Positions 48,501 through 59,846 of a stretch of 64,000 nucleotides of DNA are shown in pieces (position 1 is the first letter of the stretch; each line of letters opens with the position of its first letter). The notes beneath the pieces were generated by a model. It did no database searches, was not told where the DNA came from, and saw nothing but the letters and a program-made list of their open reading frames with translations. The stretch lies in the NCBI GenBank assembly GCA_965649765.1, contig OZ287751.1:57040001-57104000 (forward strand). Direction: 5' to 3'. This DNA is from Bispira polyomma (lineage: Eukaryota). The translations under genes and the position numbers were made by a program.

Positions 48501-51500
48501 TCTAACATTGGGAAAGCATTTGTTTGTTTGCAGACAATATTTTAACATCTATTAAAGATCAAAAACATGATATGGGCCGAAAATATCAGGTAGGACGAAA
48601 ATACAAGGATTGACCATACAGTTGTTTTATGTTTAATGTAATGCAACACAATATATCTTCAAGATTAAAACTATGCTGTGACTTGAACCATGATGTTGTG
48701 GTTATAAAATTTACTTTCGAGTCACGGCACCGCAAATAAATATAATAAAATTATCGAAAAATTATATATTACTGTGCAACCTGTCTTTAAACTTAAATAT
48801 TTTAGCCATTTCTCAATGGATTTTGATGGGAAAAAGTGCAGATTTACCATAAGTAAATACATGTAAAAGTAAAATAATCTAAATGATGGTTAAATCGTCT
48901 GAATAAATATAATGCCGTTGGTAAAATAAATAAAAGGATATTTAACTGTCTTCGGAAGGAAGCAGTTAACAGAACCCCGAAAATATCTTTGATCTTTGAC
49001 TCGGGAAGAACTGCCAACATATATTACCTTATATCTATACCGTATTCGACGTAATTACCGCACATGCCCCATTAACCGCACATCACCTAATTTTATGTTT
49101 GGTATGGTTCTCTACTTAAGATATTACTTCAGCCTTATCTTAAGTATCAACATGTACCTATGCAAATGAGAATTTGAAAGAGGAAAAAAATAATTTTACT
49201 GCTTTTTTTGAAATAAAAGTATTTTGCAAATAACCGCAATAAATACTATATACAAGTCTATGTTAGTACTTGGGTTATTTTCTAATACAAATGAAAACCA
49301 GCAATCAAGACTTTTAGTGTCTGTGAAAGTAAACTATCACAAGACAGTAACTGATGGAGTCTTCATGCACTAAGGTTTACAAAGCTAGAAATTAGTCATA
49401 AATTTGAACACAGAAGAAAGTGACTGACTGATGAAGTAGCCTTGTTCAAAGATATTTAAGGCTCAACTTTATTGTATGTAGGAAAATCAGTCTGCACACC
49501 CATTGGTGACAAAATAAGGACTTCCAATGAGTTAAGCTACTTTAGCATGATTAATGTAATTAGAATATAATCTCTAATATATTATTTAAACAATAATGTT
49601 AAATTTTAAAAAATAAATATACTCTTTAGATCAATGGTGTGAAATACAAGCCCAAGCAAGGTTACTATTTCTGTCCTGCCATCAACTGCAGCAAATGGCC
49701 ATTAACTGCAGCAAATGGCCATTAAAATCCAGTAAAAATTTAGAGTAAATTATTAAAATTTTGCTTCAAGTTTCATTTGCCAAGTACACATTTTATTTTT
49801 TTGTTATAGGCTGTAGAAGTTTGAAATAGGCATGCTTTTAAAAGCTAAGAGAACTTATCATATTGACAATATCAATTTTACAGCAAATTTTTATTGTAAT
49901 ACTTAATTGTGGAGCTTTTTGTTTTCAGATAGATTGTAAAATTTACCAGTGTGAACACATCTGCAAAAGATATGCTATATATTTTAAAAGCCAAGAATCA
50001 ACCTTAAACTAAATAACAATTGCTGAAGATTTATTAACTTCACTTTTTAATTTATCTGTGTTCAACCAAACCAGTTATTTTTTGGTTTGGGAATAATTAT
50101 ATAATATTTTTATCCTCTAGTAACATTATTTGCACATTTTTTTTTGTCTTAAAGTGTAACTTGACATTGTAGACTTGATATAGATGAGTAAGATCACCTC
50201 AACACAGGTACAGATATGTTTCTACATGGGTCTCCAGACATTTCATCTGTGAAGAAACATATATGCTTTTTTTGTAGGCCAGGGCGGTTATGAGGAAACA
50301 CTTAAAAACCTCATTTATAGGGGTAATTTGTTTTTCTAAGGGCACTGTGCGCTAATTACGTCGAATACAGTACCTTATATTAGAAAAGGACATTTAAGCG
50401 TCTTCGGAAGAAAGCAATTGACAGAATTCCCCAAAAATGGATTTGATCTTTGACTCAACCAGAACCGCCAACATTTATTACCTTATATCTTTAACTTTCC
50501 TATGGGCTTTCTATTGTTATTAGTGTAATACAATGTAATTTTGTGAGTTTATTCTATTTTAATTAGTGTAATACAATCTAATTTTAGGTCAAACCTAGAC
50601 CGAGCTTCTGTGCCTAGCCGATGCTTTGATTTTTCTGATAGTAGGCACGGCTAGGAACAGAGCTCACTTGTACCTGTTTTCATTGGAAATCTTGCAGGGC
50701 ATATTTCTATCCATGTTACAACAAATATAAATTGTTACCTGCATTTAGTAAGGATTGTATATGTGCCGATCACAAACATTTACTGCCTATCCTAATGTTA
50801 AACACTAATATGAACAACTTTTTTTCAATGTAAACAAAACATCACTCTCCTGGTCTTGCAAGCATATATATTGTTTTACAGTAATGCTCAAAACTTTTGC
50901 TCTTATCTAGGTAACACACCACTTTTGTTGACTAAATATTCTTGTATTTTTATTTTCTTTTAAGGCAAAATTAGGGGTTATCCTTGAAAAAAATAAATAC
51001 AACTAAAAAAATTGCTTTATTCAACAATATTGGTATGTGACCTACATAGGACCAACAGTTTCGAGCATCACTGTAAAATATGCCTTGCAAGATTTACAAT
51101 GAAAACAGGTACAAGTGAGCTCTGTCCCTAGCCATGACGGTATCGAGAGGTTTCACTGAATTTCCAGTTCACTGTCTAGTTATTTCGCTGTTAAAGTCGG
51201 GGGTTTCGCTGTATATATATTTTAATTACAAGACAGCGTTATTTATTTTGTGACGTGTTCTCGAAAGTTTTCATTGAACGAATACTTGACCTAAAATTTC
51301 CGTTTTGGTATCACTAGAAAGCTGCCAATATGTTCTTTATGAAAGGTGTCTCTAATGTTAAATATAATAAATGATAATTAAAACATTTATGGTTCAATTT
51401 GGACTGTATACTTGAAATTGTTAAAAATACAAGTTTTAGAGTGAATGTCATTAATTAAATAAACGTATCTCTGTAAATATAGGTGATACAGATTTTCCGA

Positions 51501-52956
51501 TTATATATTCATAAAGCCAGATAAATAGTCTTTCTAGTACTTTTACGAAATAAAAAAATATTATATATTGGCTGAGAAAGTTCAAGTTGAAAAGAGGCAA
51601 AGATTATTTACAGCGAACCAACCAAAACAGCAGCGAAAACGTCAAGTAGCAAAACCTCTAGTAATCACCGTGGCTACCATCACAAAAATCAAAGCATCGG
51701 TTGGGGACAGAAGCTTGGACTAGGTCGAACCGAATATATATATACCATCATATTGATTTATTTGTGGTGCCGTGACTCGATGTTTTTGTGTTACCTCACA
51801 ACAACGTGAATTAAAAGTAAATTTATAGGCAGTGGCTGCGGTACGGAAAACCATCCTCTAACAAGCCACTTAAAATGCGTTTTGCCGTACTTTAACACAA
51901 TAGACTATAGTACGGTTGGCATTGTATGATGGGTAATTCGTATGATGTGTTTGAATAAAAAATAATATACTTTGGTTTGCTTTACTTTGAATAATATTAT
52001 TTATATTTATTCTTATATTCTTCAGGTCACGATACCCTGGATTGGATTATTTATCTTCCAAGTATAGATATAGGGTAATATATGTTGGCGATTCTTGCTG
52101 AGTCAAAGGTCAGATACAGTTAAATATCGTTATATGGAAGCTAGTGTTTCTGGATGCTCTCCACGATGATAGATTGTCTAATATTTGCAAAAAAAAATTC
52201 AAATCTTCAATCCACGATCAAATATTAATACATATATCCTCTATATTCCTAATATTTGCTCTATTAATGGTCTTTTTTCTGGGACTTCCGTGAATTTCCT
52301 TCAAAACTAGAAAAGTTTATTAGTCTGCCGTACTATAGCATTTTTGTTATAATGCGATAAAATCAATAACCGTACTCCAGGCTTTCCTTTATAGTACGGT
52401 ATTAAACCGTACTCCAACCACTTCAAATTTTATAATCACAACATCATGGTTTAAGTCACAGCATTTAAATTAAGCTGCTTTCCGAAAACATCTTGAATTT
52501 CAGACAAAACAAAGAAGATATTGTCTGCCATCTCTCCACTTTTCTCAGGAGCACTAGGCGTGGACAAATAAGGGGCTCAGAGAAATATTCACAGTGAATT
52601 GGTTTTGTCGTTGATAAACAACCTGTTCCGAAAATAAACATTAAAATTATTTGCGATTTCAATTTGTCAAATTATAAAATTAGTGGTGTCTATAATGTTT
52701 ACCAGTACCGAACCAGAATGGCTAAGCCGTAGCACAGACCGGAAACCGACTGCGATGCCGTAACATGGCCACGCATCTTTGCTTTAGTCAACAGAAGAAT
52801 GAGTTCACATATACGTACGGATTTTAAACGGTCTACTAAATCTTTCTTGCTGCCACTCTTAGACAGCTTTCTGTAATCTAACTCTTTCTTTAAATCTACT
52901 ACACGAAGCTCGGATAAAAGTTTTCCATCGATTCTAAGACGTTCTTTGTCGGCCAT
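21470..52956 (-). CDS. ACIN1: Apoptotic chromatin condensation inducer in the nucleus (Acinus); 20 coding exons, 1362 aa
   Basis: SAP domain, RKRKWGS motif, RRM ([38 protein letters not shown]), REWDRDK, RSB motif ([25 protein letters not shown]), RS tail; all junctions GT-AG with matching phases. Confidence 0.96.
21563..21960 (-). repeat. About 50-bp tandem repeat x8; each unit contains the terminal 3' splice site
   Basis: CTACAAAAGAC at 21563, 21614, 21664, 21713, 21764, 21815, 21863 and 21911. Confidence 0.95.
22019..22144 (-). CDS. ACIN1: ACIN1 exon 19 (charged coiled coil)
   Basis: TTGTAG|[24 protein letters not shown]|GTGGGT, phase 0/0. Confidence 0.9.
22381..22502 (-). CDS. ACIN1: ACIN1 exon 18 (RSB motif)
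   Basis: [30 protein letters not shown]|GTAAGC, phase 1/0. Confidence 0.95.
23328..23464 (-). CDS. ACIN1: ACIN1 exon 17
   Basis: [18 protein letters not shown]|GTAGGG, phase 2/1. Confidence 0.9.
23590..23805 (-). mobile_element. tRNA-derived SINE
   Basis: B box GGTTCGACTCC plus the shared core GTGCAGAACCTTGATCAACTGTATGCAG. Confidence 0.85.
24057..24214 (-). CDS. ACIN1: ACIN1 exon 16 (Pro-rich, REWDR)
   Basis: CACAG|[19 protein letters not shown]|GTGAGT, phase 0/2. Confidence 0.92.
25135..25242 (-). CDS. ACIN1: ACIN1 exon 15 (RRM C-terminal half)
   Basis: [36 protein letters not shown], phase 0/0. Confidence 0.95.
25710..25942 (-). CDS. ACIN1: ACIN1 exon 14 (RRM N-terminal half)
   Basis: [40 protein letters not shown]|GTAAGT, phase 1/0. 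Confidence 0.95.
26009..26182. mobile_element. Tc1/mariner-like MITE (CAGT...ACTG, TA flanks)
   Basis: CAGTCAAACCCTTTTAAGTAGAA and TTCGACTTAAAGAGGTTCAACTG; similar MITEs near 26838, 41017, 41985 and 45756. Confidence 0.7.
26571..26802 (-). CDS. ACIN1: ACIN1 exon 13 (acidic)
   Basis: CCAG|[17 protein letters not shown]|GTAAGG, phase 0/1. Confidence 0.88.
27320..27789. mobile_element. MITE with about 90-bp TIRs and 4-bp TSD (AATG)
   Basis: CAGTTCGGGAAAGAGCAGAATTC... and ...GAATTCTGCTCTTTCCTGAACTG; AATG on both flanks. Confidence 0.88.
28163..28309 (-). CDS. ACIN1: ACIN1 exon 12
   Basis: [23 protein letters not shown]|GTGGGT, phase 0/0. Confidence 0.9.
28380..28525 (-). mobile_element. Degenerate tRNA-derived SINE
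   Basis: Reverse complement begins GGCCGTGGTGGCCTGGTGGTT (A box); similar to 43070-43235. Confidence 0.6.
28882..28991 (-). CDS. ACIN1: ACIN1 exon 11 (RKRKWG motif)
   Basis: [29 protein letters not shown]|GTATGG, phase 1/0. Confidence 0.92.
29948..29999 (-). CDS. ACIN1: ACIN1 exon 10
   Basis: TTACAG|[17 protein letters not shown]|GTAAGT, phase 0/1. Confidence 0.82.
34563..34599 (-). CDS. ACIN1: ACIN1 exon 9
   Basis: TTGTAG|[12 protein letters not shown]|GTAATT, phase 2/0. Confidence 0.8.
34981..35048 (-). CDS. ACIN1: ACIN1 exon 8
   Basis: TGCAG|[22 protein letters not shown]|GTAAGT, phase 0/2. Confidence 0.8.
35125..35345. repeat. DIRS 3' (element right) inverted terminal repeat including terminal extension
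   Basis: 35167-35345 is nearly the exact reverse complement of 40778-40955. Confidence 0.95.
35396..35497. repeat. DIRS internal complementary region (ICR)
   Basis: 35396-35453 is complementary to 35125-35182; 35454-35497 is complementary to the terminus ending at 40974. Confidence 0.95.
36180..39089 (-). pseudogene. DIRS ORF3 tyrosine recombinase (two frameshifts)
   Basis: SAM-like N-domain ([19 protein letters not shown]), LASG, CPVRSL, HDLR, FWKS, FTNFY; frame breaks at about 36775 (A10 run) and about 36700. Confidence 0.92.
37094..39382 (-). CDS. DIRS ORF2: reverse transcriptase, RNase H and Dam-like methyltransferase domain
   Basis: [58 protein letters not shown]; uninterrupted 762 codons. 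Confidence 0.95.
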   Translation of the reverse strand: MILRRSRRKPDLNNLLQKDPDTLIPRRLTTKVTHRLTTVKVRHSSRIRPRTGRKGVEAISRSPRGTRLIPAHEAQGAVDSVRDNQGSGGGRLADYWQVWENLKCHPRVVQILRYGYQILPQIRVSLTRNPDVLSGYKDKEKQAFLKQCVAQMLEKQAICKVKHSTTLGFYSRLFLVPKPLKKWRPVIDLSVLNRNLHVPTFKMETAEVIRSSLRKGAWVASIDLTDAYFHIPIHQNSQKFLRFNVDQQSYQFQALPFGIATAPLEFTRVVKETKLVLQSQGIRIHQYIDDWLIRSPSLEQSRIQISKMISIVQQMGWLINFEKSELQPIQVIDFLGYHFDLKAGLVKPTEKKWSKLLLLVNKVKNSKVITPRILMFLIGMMASMEKTVPFGRLHMRPCQWHLKSHWKHPQSLDKQIPVLAQLRNHLQWWEDPLNVMIGEDLHPREHNLLLFTDASNTGWGAHLGELTASGRWSSLERGLHINLLELKAVYLALKTFQNQVWQQRVLIASDNSSVVSYLNKQGGTRSLEMCLMVWRILAFCNPRKIRVRARHIQESLNVIADSLSRKDKIIQTEWSLHPKMFKLLCQSLYTPQVDLFATSKNHKLPLCVSPIPDAHALEVDALNISWEGLDGYAFCPVPLLPKLVQKVLTYQCRIMVLAPGWPGMTWFWDLVDLSIRPPLLIPQWPHLLKQPFGLQYHQNLPYLNLHVWILESPCQQNPRFPDQWKNELRHLRDHPLDECMNQGGPYLNNGLQRIRWSAPQLV
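39135..40677 (-). pseudogene. DIRS ORF1 gag-like protein (N-terminal Cys/His finger; one frameshift near 39478)
   Basis: ATG at 40677 (MAENEL), [18 protein letters not shown]; C-terminus continues in another frame ([14 protein letters not shown]) to TGA at 39135. Confidence 0.85.
40778..40974. repeat. DIRS 5' (element left) inverted terminal repeat
   Basis: Reverse complement of 35167-35345; contains the GCGCATGCGC palindrome. Confidence 0.95.
41741..41936 (-). CDS. ACIN1: ACIN1 exon 7 (Ser/Arg-rich)
   Basis: CAG|[33 protein letters not shown]|GTGAAG, phase 2/0. Confidence 0.82.
42402..42447 (-). CDS. ACIN1: ACIN1 exon 6
   Basis: TTGTAG|[15 protein letters not shown]|GTAGGT, phase 1/2. Confidence 0.82.
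43070..43235 (-). mobile_element. tRNA-derived SINE
   Basis: A box GTGGCCTGGTGGCTAG and B-box-like GGGTTTGAATCCC on the minus strand. Confidence 0.7.
43254..45074 (-). CDS. ACIN1: ACIN1 exon 5 (1821 nt; K/D/E/R-rich with about 12-aa repeats)
   Basis: TTTAG|NLSKETEEF...HQDNT|GTAATG, phase 1/1, open for 607 codons. Confidence 0.88.
45367..45455. repeat. About 31-bp tandem repeat x3
   Basis: GAGGGCATTGTTTAATTAA.GTTATTATGC units. Confidence 0.75.
45959..46054 (-). CDS. ACIN1: ACIN1 exon 4
   Basis: TTGTAG|[22 protein letters not shown]|GTAAGT, phase 1/1. Confidence 0.85.
47089..47205 (-). CDS. ACIN1: ACIN1 exon 3
   Basis: TTTTAG|[39 protein letters not shown]|GTTTGT, phase 1/1. Confidence 0.85.
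47559..47610 (-). CDS. ACIN1: ACIN1 exon 2
   Basis: TACAG|[17 protein letters not shown]|GTATGT, phase 0/1. Confidence 0.85.
47790..48022 (-). mobile_element. tRNA-derived SINE
   Basis: Near-colinear with 23590-23805 and 53975-54186; A-rich tail. Confidence 0.85.
48673..52464. mobile_element. Composite of nested inverted-repeat DNA elements in ACIN1 intron 1
   Basis: Outer TIR ATGCTGTGACTT.AACCATGATGTTGTG.TTATAAAATTT (48673-48712 and 52425-52464) enclosing further TIR pairs. Confidence 0.7.
49040..50370. mobile_element. Non-autonomous Tc1/mariner/pogo-like element with TA TSD
   Basis: TA|CCGTATTCGACGTAATTACCGCACA ... TGTGCGCTAATTACGTCGAATACAG|TA. Confidence 0.8.
52819..52956 (-). CDS. ACIN1: ACIN1 exon 1 (SAP domain)
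   Basis: CAACATGGCC start; [31 protein letters not shown]; donor TCC|GTACGT, phase 0. Confidence 0.93.
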
Positions 52957-53100
52957 GTTGACTGCAAGCTATATGGTGTGCATACTAAAAGTCGGTAAAT
53001 CAATGTAACGGAGCCGAATATGAAAAACCAATTTAACCGGGAAACATAATACCACAATCACTGTTACTTTGATTGGAAGTTCTGTGAGCTACTTTCTTGT
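52957..53100 (-). promoter_or_regulatory. Probable ACIN1 5' UTR and core promoter
   Basis: Immediately upstream of the start ATG; local CpG retention; CCAAT boxes near 53027 (plus) and 53072 (minus). Confidence 0.4.
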
Positions 53101-53974
53101 ACATTAAAATAATACGACATAGGTTTCATATATATACTCCTGGAACTGATCACAGACACATAGAATTGCTAGTATAGTGTTTTGTGAATAGACTTTTTGT
53201 TTTTTTTATTTATAGCACGAGAAACAGCAAAAGTTATCAGCCTATCTTTTTGCATCAATATTCCACTAACATAATTTTTGTTGTTAAAAGTCGTCTACGA
53301 GAGACTGCGTGGTAATTTCATTGATTGACTCTTTGTACACCCTTCTAATTGATCAATTGAGTCATCCTGTCTGAAGACATGTATTATTCTTTGTTACCTA
53401 TCAGAGAGAGAAGGTCAGGTTTGATAGTTTTGGAGCAAAGACAAAGTTTAATTAATCTTACCACAATGTGTTTTGGGCATGACGTGATTTGATTGTCTTT
53501 CTGGGTTTCTACTATAGGTTCTGCACCTTCCTATGGTTTGATAAGTCTTGTGATAAGATTAATTGAAATGGCAGCTGCAATAATCTATAATGATCAAATG
53601 TAGTGTTAAATGTTATTAACATTGAACTGTCTTCATCAAATTTAATTGTCGAGTAGCCACTTCATGCCTCACAGTATCAAAATATTTTTTCAGTCCCTTC
53701 CAACTTGAAAAAGGAAAATAGGTAAATATTCACAGACATGTTTCTTGGAGCTATCGTACAATTTCAAAAGGCTCTAACCTATGAAAAATAGGGCAAGAAT
53801 ATGGAAAATGCCAGAGGATCCTCTATATATGATCTAGAAAAACCACCAGCAGACAAGAAGGAGGGGGGTTGAGTACAGTTTGTCATATTTGATGGCTTTG
53901 TGTGCTTTTTCTACGACTGAATGGTCGCATAAGTCCGGGCCATGGTAGAGATTAAGTTAGTATTAAAATAACCA

Positions 53975-54186
53975 TAACGTACCATATTAGGATGGGTAGT
54001 TGAAAACGCTAGAGGAAACCCTGCATACAGTTGATCAAGGTTCTGCACTGAAACCAGTGGCCCACAGTAAGGAACTACCACCTTTCCCACATAGACATCG
54101 ACAGGAGTAAACTCACGCCACCCAGAGGTGAGAGACCAGTGATTGTGAAGCTCAATGCTTGCTAACTATTAGGCCACCGCAGTCCC
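53975..54186 (-). mobile_element. tRNA-derived SINE, copy with intact head
   Basis: GGGACTGCGGTGGCCTAATAGTTAG (A box), degenerate B box, shared core. Confidence 0.85.
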
Positions 54187-55329
54187 TAGTATTTTTGTGA
54201 TATCTGCAATTTAGAACATCTCAGATTACCGTAAAGTACCTTTTCAAATAACTCTGATATATTTCAAAATTTTAAGCATCTGCATTAAAATATATAATGA
54301 GGTTTTGGAGCATAGGAATCAACCAGGAGCTATTAGTGACTGTGCTTTACTGTATGCTAAACCCAACAACTTTGGAATATACATATTTTTAATGTGTCAG
54401 ATTACTGTACGTATACCATTTTTATAGGCTCTAACCTACTTAAAACAGTTCTAGGGTTGGTAATAAGATATTTGATAAGACTTTGGATACTAGACATTCA
54501 CCCAGGGGCGGTCAGCTACACATGCTCATTTGTAGAAATCTTGTGCAATATATATGGCAACTTTATGTACTGTTGTGCCTTACTTTTTAAGAAAAAAAGT
54601 TACAGAATACTATATAGGTGGAAGCGAATAACGATAGCTCCCTCACCATAGCAACAATACTTTTTCTAATCTCGGTCATGGTTCTAAGCACATGTATTAA
54701 GCTGAAAACTTTATGTAAACACTTTGTTGTGGTGCCCTTACATGATAGTTTTATCTGTTTCATCATTGTCCTGTCCTGGAATTTTTCTCTCAACACGGGC
54801 CATATGATGTCCACCCAATTTGTCATATGGCCATAAACTTTTGGTCCCATCACAATGTTGATGCTATGTCTTTCAGGGGAATATCACCACTTTCATGAGC
54901 ATTTTTGTAGGGGGTCACTTTTGTTACCACCATTTTGGTATGGGGTTATTTTTCATCACTGTAACAAATTGACCCTTGTAAAAGTGATCACGAAAGTGGT
55001 GGTGACAAAATTGACAGTGAATACATTCTCTTTGTAAGGTGTGATATATATTATCCAGTCTTGCCCATCAATTTGTTTCGTAAAACTCTTGTGGTGACGC
55101 CTTCAGAACAGCACCAGACCATTGTCCATTTTTTAGAAGCAATCACTTTTCAAATGACTCGGGCTGGATTGGGTGATCATATGGGCAGCTTGGCTTGTTT
55201 TGTTGTCTTTAGCAGAATTACAGTGGCAATGTGGCTTTCACTAGAGTAGAATCTCTATAAATAATCCTGTGATAAGAGCATTCCACCTTAGTTTTCTGTC
55301 GGTTCTTGAGACCTTTTCCTGTGACTCAT

Positions 55330-56200
55330 GCTTTAGTATATTATCCTTCTGGAAATACCTAAACAGCCTGCCTAACATTGTTCAGCTGCTACACGACTCT
55401 TCTCAGTTTTAAAACGTTCTTGAAAGAGTATAGAAGTATATTTTCAATCTCCCAATCCACCTACATAAAATCCTCTTCTATCAAATTCTGTTAATTAGAT
55501 CCTTTCCCAGCGATTATTTTGAATCACTGCCTGGACATTCGTGTCACACCTATAACTAACAATTTTAATTTTCACTTTGTGATGGTATCCCTCCACTTGT
55601 TTCAATATCGCTAATGTTACTCCTTTGCTTTCAAAAATTAGAAACCAGTATCCAATCTTAGCTTTATTTCTAAACTCATTTAGAAAGCTGATTGCAAACA
55701 AATCTCTGACCACATTAACACATAACATTTCAATTGGTCACCAATCTGCCAACAGAAAGTTTCACTATCATATGGAGTATCCTAGAGGTCTGTCCTTGGG
55801 TCTCTACTTTTTACCCAATATACAAATTCCCTCAGCACAAACACCACACGTATGCCGAGGACACTCACTCAACCCTTTAACTGCAAATAAATATCTTGAT
55901 ATACTTGTGGCCTGTCTTTTCTCTGTGCAGACGTGGATGAATCACTCTAAATTAAAATTAAATCCTGCCAAAACTGACTTTATACTCTTTGGTACCAAGA
56001 AACAGTGAGCGCTCAAGATTATTATTACCCATAACGCTTCTGGGTAAAGATGCCTTCTGACAGTGTCAAAAACCTTCAACACCTGTCGATCCTGTCATTA
56101 TCACATTCATTATATCAAAAGAATCAGAAACCATGTGTCACCAGGTACTGCTAAAACTGTGGCTGTTGCCCTTGTAAGTAGTCTACTGCAATTCCATTTT
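55330..56200 (+). mobile_element. Highly degenerate L2-type LINE fragment
   Basis: WMNHSKLKLNPAKTDFILFG and CRSCHYHI..IKRIRNH..AKTVAVALVSS segments. Confidence 0.75.
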
Positions 56201-59200
56201 TTAGGGAGTGGGAGGGGAAGGGGCGGGGGAGTTGAGTCTACAAATCTATTACTCCATACCCTGTAGATAATGCACTTTTTCAAATAAAACACCGCCAAAA
56301 TTGGACATTTTTTTTAAAAGATGTCAATTACAGAATATACATGCAGAATATGCCCTTTTGTTTGAAAATTCAAGATGACCAAAAATATTTAAATTATTTT
56401 AGAAAAGTTGCTATATACTATCCAGAATATGCTCTATAGGTTGAAAATGAGCTCGCAATTGCTCATGTCACACAGATCAAATTCAACCAGATTCCCTGAC
56501 CCTGGTTTTCTATATGCATCTACAATACATTCCAGAGTCTCTAAACCCAATAGTTAAGGCGATATTTCACATTTTATCCATCTAATTCCCTCCTGTACAC
56601 CCACACATCCGTCCTTAAAACCTGACTATTTTTATGGATTACACTATTCTGATGTGCTAAGATGACTAGCATTACTAAAGCATGTTAAAAATGCATAATA
56701 ATAATAATAGTTTGAAGAAAAGTGTCCACATTTAGTAATTTTAGTGTGATCATGGTCAATACCTAACATGCTGTAAAGTCTTAAAACTTGGTGGTAATCT
56801 GGCAAAGATTTTGATTTTAAAGAAATCTTGAAGTAGCAGGTGGTAACAAAATGGCTAAGGAACCTCAAATTACTCCCAACAACATTGTTTTCAAGGACTA
56901 TGGCAAAGTCGAGAGCACCCTGTTTTAGGTAAATGTCACCTCTACCTGAAGCAGGCAAAAATTTGGACATGATGCACCAGTCCAACAAGATCTGTAACAG
57001 TGCCAAATTTATATAACCCTGCTTCCATTTAAAATGCCTCGACCATCTGGGCAACTTGCCAAAACATTTGACATCAGACACCTATGCAACAGGAGGAATT
57101 TTATATTCCTGCTATTTAGTTAAAGAGATAAAGCCCAAAAGAAAGTGCACACTATTTTAGGTAATGCTAGGTCCTAATCCCCTGCGTGTTACAAGTACTA
57201 AAACATACTAAAGCAGTAAACTTTTTTATTGAGAGTCATACCTTCTTTGGTAGTACGAATCATGTTGTTTGGCCGAAAACACATTAAAATCACTGCTTGC
57301 ATGTCAAAGTAAATATATTGCTATTAATGTTATATATTCTACACACTTTAAATGGACATGCACATAAGGATACAAAAATAGTAGAAAAATTGGTCAGATT
57401 AAAATATTGCACCATTAAAAATATATAAAAACGTTTAAAAATTATACTATCATACATTTGATATTTAAGGCAAAAGTTGGTTATACAGACTGCAGTTATC
57501 GCAGATGAACACATATTTAGTCAGAAGCAAAAGCAGATAAAAGGAAACCTGCTTTTAATATTCCATGATAACATGAGGAGTAAGCAATCTAAAATTCACC
57601 ACATCTTGATAACATTATTTGAATTAACCAAAGAGGCCAAAATAAGTGATCCAATTGTTCCAATTCACTTATCATGGTAAAATAAATAATTTAGGCAAGA
57701 TTTTCTCACAATTTACAATTTTTTTTTATGGGTGGTAAATTTTTGATTTCTTACCGTACCATACAAAACAACTCAACCAGAATGTAAAAGACTTTTAACA
57801 CTTTAAAACAAACTAAATTTGACACAATTACAAACTTTTATATGTAAAAACAGTACAAAATCAAATGACAAAAATTGCAGAAATGCTTTGTTTTTGTTAT
57901 GCACAAACCAATGGTATTTACAGGAATATATGAATTGCACAACCATAAATCAGATCCAGTAAACATCTAACAACATATAAGTAACAATTAGGACTTAGAC
58001 TAATCTGTTGCAAACTTGCATTAAATTATGAAGTTTACATGTTCATGCAACATAAAATTAGGTAACCTTTGCAAAGAGTGGCAAGTCTGCCTTTTTAAGA
58101 ATCAAACTGAGAAAGGTACTTCAGTGATATATTTATACATTAAAATTTAACAGTAACACTTAGTAAGTAGAAAGATTTTTAAGACATACAATGGCCACTT
58201 TGTTGCGGAGATTGAATGCAAAAGTAGACTAAGCAGTACACTCATGCTGTGAATTTCACGGTAAATCAAATATATACCAAATTTGACCATTACAAAAGCA
58301 AGACTTTGCTTTTAAATGGGAAAAATTTCTAGTCTCAGCGGTCCACATAACAGTTTATTTATTAATACAGATGTGTTAAAAGAAAATTACTATTAAAATC
58401 CTTATTTTACTAAAAATTAACATTGTTCCTAATTACAGCAAGACAGCAGCAACCAAAGAATTTGCAACAGTGGTCTTTTTTTTATTCTGATTGGACTGTA
58501 ACAGTAAAATATGCAGTTGCATTGTGTTACAGTATAAAGCAATTGAAAAGTGATAATAATAACCTCACCCAAATACTATTGACCCTATTTGGGGATTGGT
58601 ATAAGAATGAAAAAGTTCATAGAAGTCAATCAACAAGAAAATTAGAGTAAGATTTATAGAAGATGCCAACCCCAGGAATTCAGTCAAAGTGGACTTTTGT
58701 AGGGGGTGGGTCTTCTCATGAAAGGTACCAGTCATCATTAACATGAGCGATATTTCAGGATTTTATATAAATCAAATGCATTGCTGTTATGGAATTCATT
58801 GTCACATAATCCTTATATTATTTAATTCTATATTTTAATATATCTTATTACGTAAAAAAATAACTTGTAGTTGTAGAAATTGTCTTGTTTGTAATTATTT
58901 GTATTACAGCCACAATTAATAAACAACAGCAAAAATCATGGAGATGTTTCAAAACGGTCATAATTTGCATTTGGTCATCTTTAACATTAACATGACAAAA
59001 TAATGACAACTGGTTCAGTTTATCATATATTGTATATAAACAAGCTACTGGTTAGCCAGTGAATTTCCACAGTTGACTTTTTTGACAATATATGCCCCAT
59101 ATGGCAACGGTTTTCTGACAATATATGGCATTTATTTCATGAAATGGATTTCATAAAGCAACAGTTTATGCATGATACAATTCGCTAGTGGCGGAACATA

Positions 59201-59689
59201 CTGGCTGACTAGCAGGCATACTTTATCATAAACAATTGGTTTGGTTTATCACATATATAAGCCACTAAAGCCAGCTGAGAGTACTTTATCACTTTGTATG
59301 AGACATGGTGCCTTACATAAAACAACATGCACCTGAAAATTTCAAGCAATATCTTACCTTGGATATAAACAATTATTTTTTTTGAGGCACTGAAAAAATA
59401 TTAAAGTAAGCTGTACTCAGAAGTCAAACATGTTAGTCCAGCATATGACTTAATCTTGTTCTCTTCATACCTCTATTTAATATAAAATTGATCTCACGCA
59501 CATACATTTTTGATAAAATGTCTTTTTAAAATTGTTTTTATACTTACATGCATATACATATCTCTTCATAGATGATATATTTATTTGACCAAATATTAAG
59601 CTTTTATAAAAAAATATATCTCGCACACAAAAATGTTGTTTATAAAATTTAAAGAATCATTCACTAAAGGCATGCATGTGTTATAAATA

Positions 59690-59818
59690 TGTTACAGTTA
59701 ACTGTGAAACCACTAATTTCATGTAATGACTAAAACTTGTTTTCCTTTTCATTTCCTGTAATGACTGAAACCATTAATCATTACGTGTAATGACTGGTTT
59801 CAGAGCTTGACCATAACA
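59690..59818. mobile_element. Small MITE with TGTTA...TAACA termini flanked by TA repeats
   Basis: Imperfect about 24-bp TIRs; (TA)n on the right. Confidence 0.55.
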
Positions 59819-59846
59819 TATATATATATTTGTGTGAATGGTTTAA

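Noticed and set aside
53975-54186. tRNA genes suggested by A/B boxes (also 9453, 23590, 43070, 47790)
   Set aside because: No complete cloverleaf; the boxes are followed by a shared SINE body
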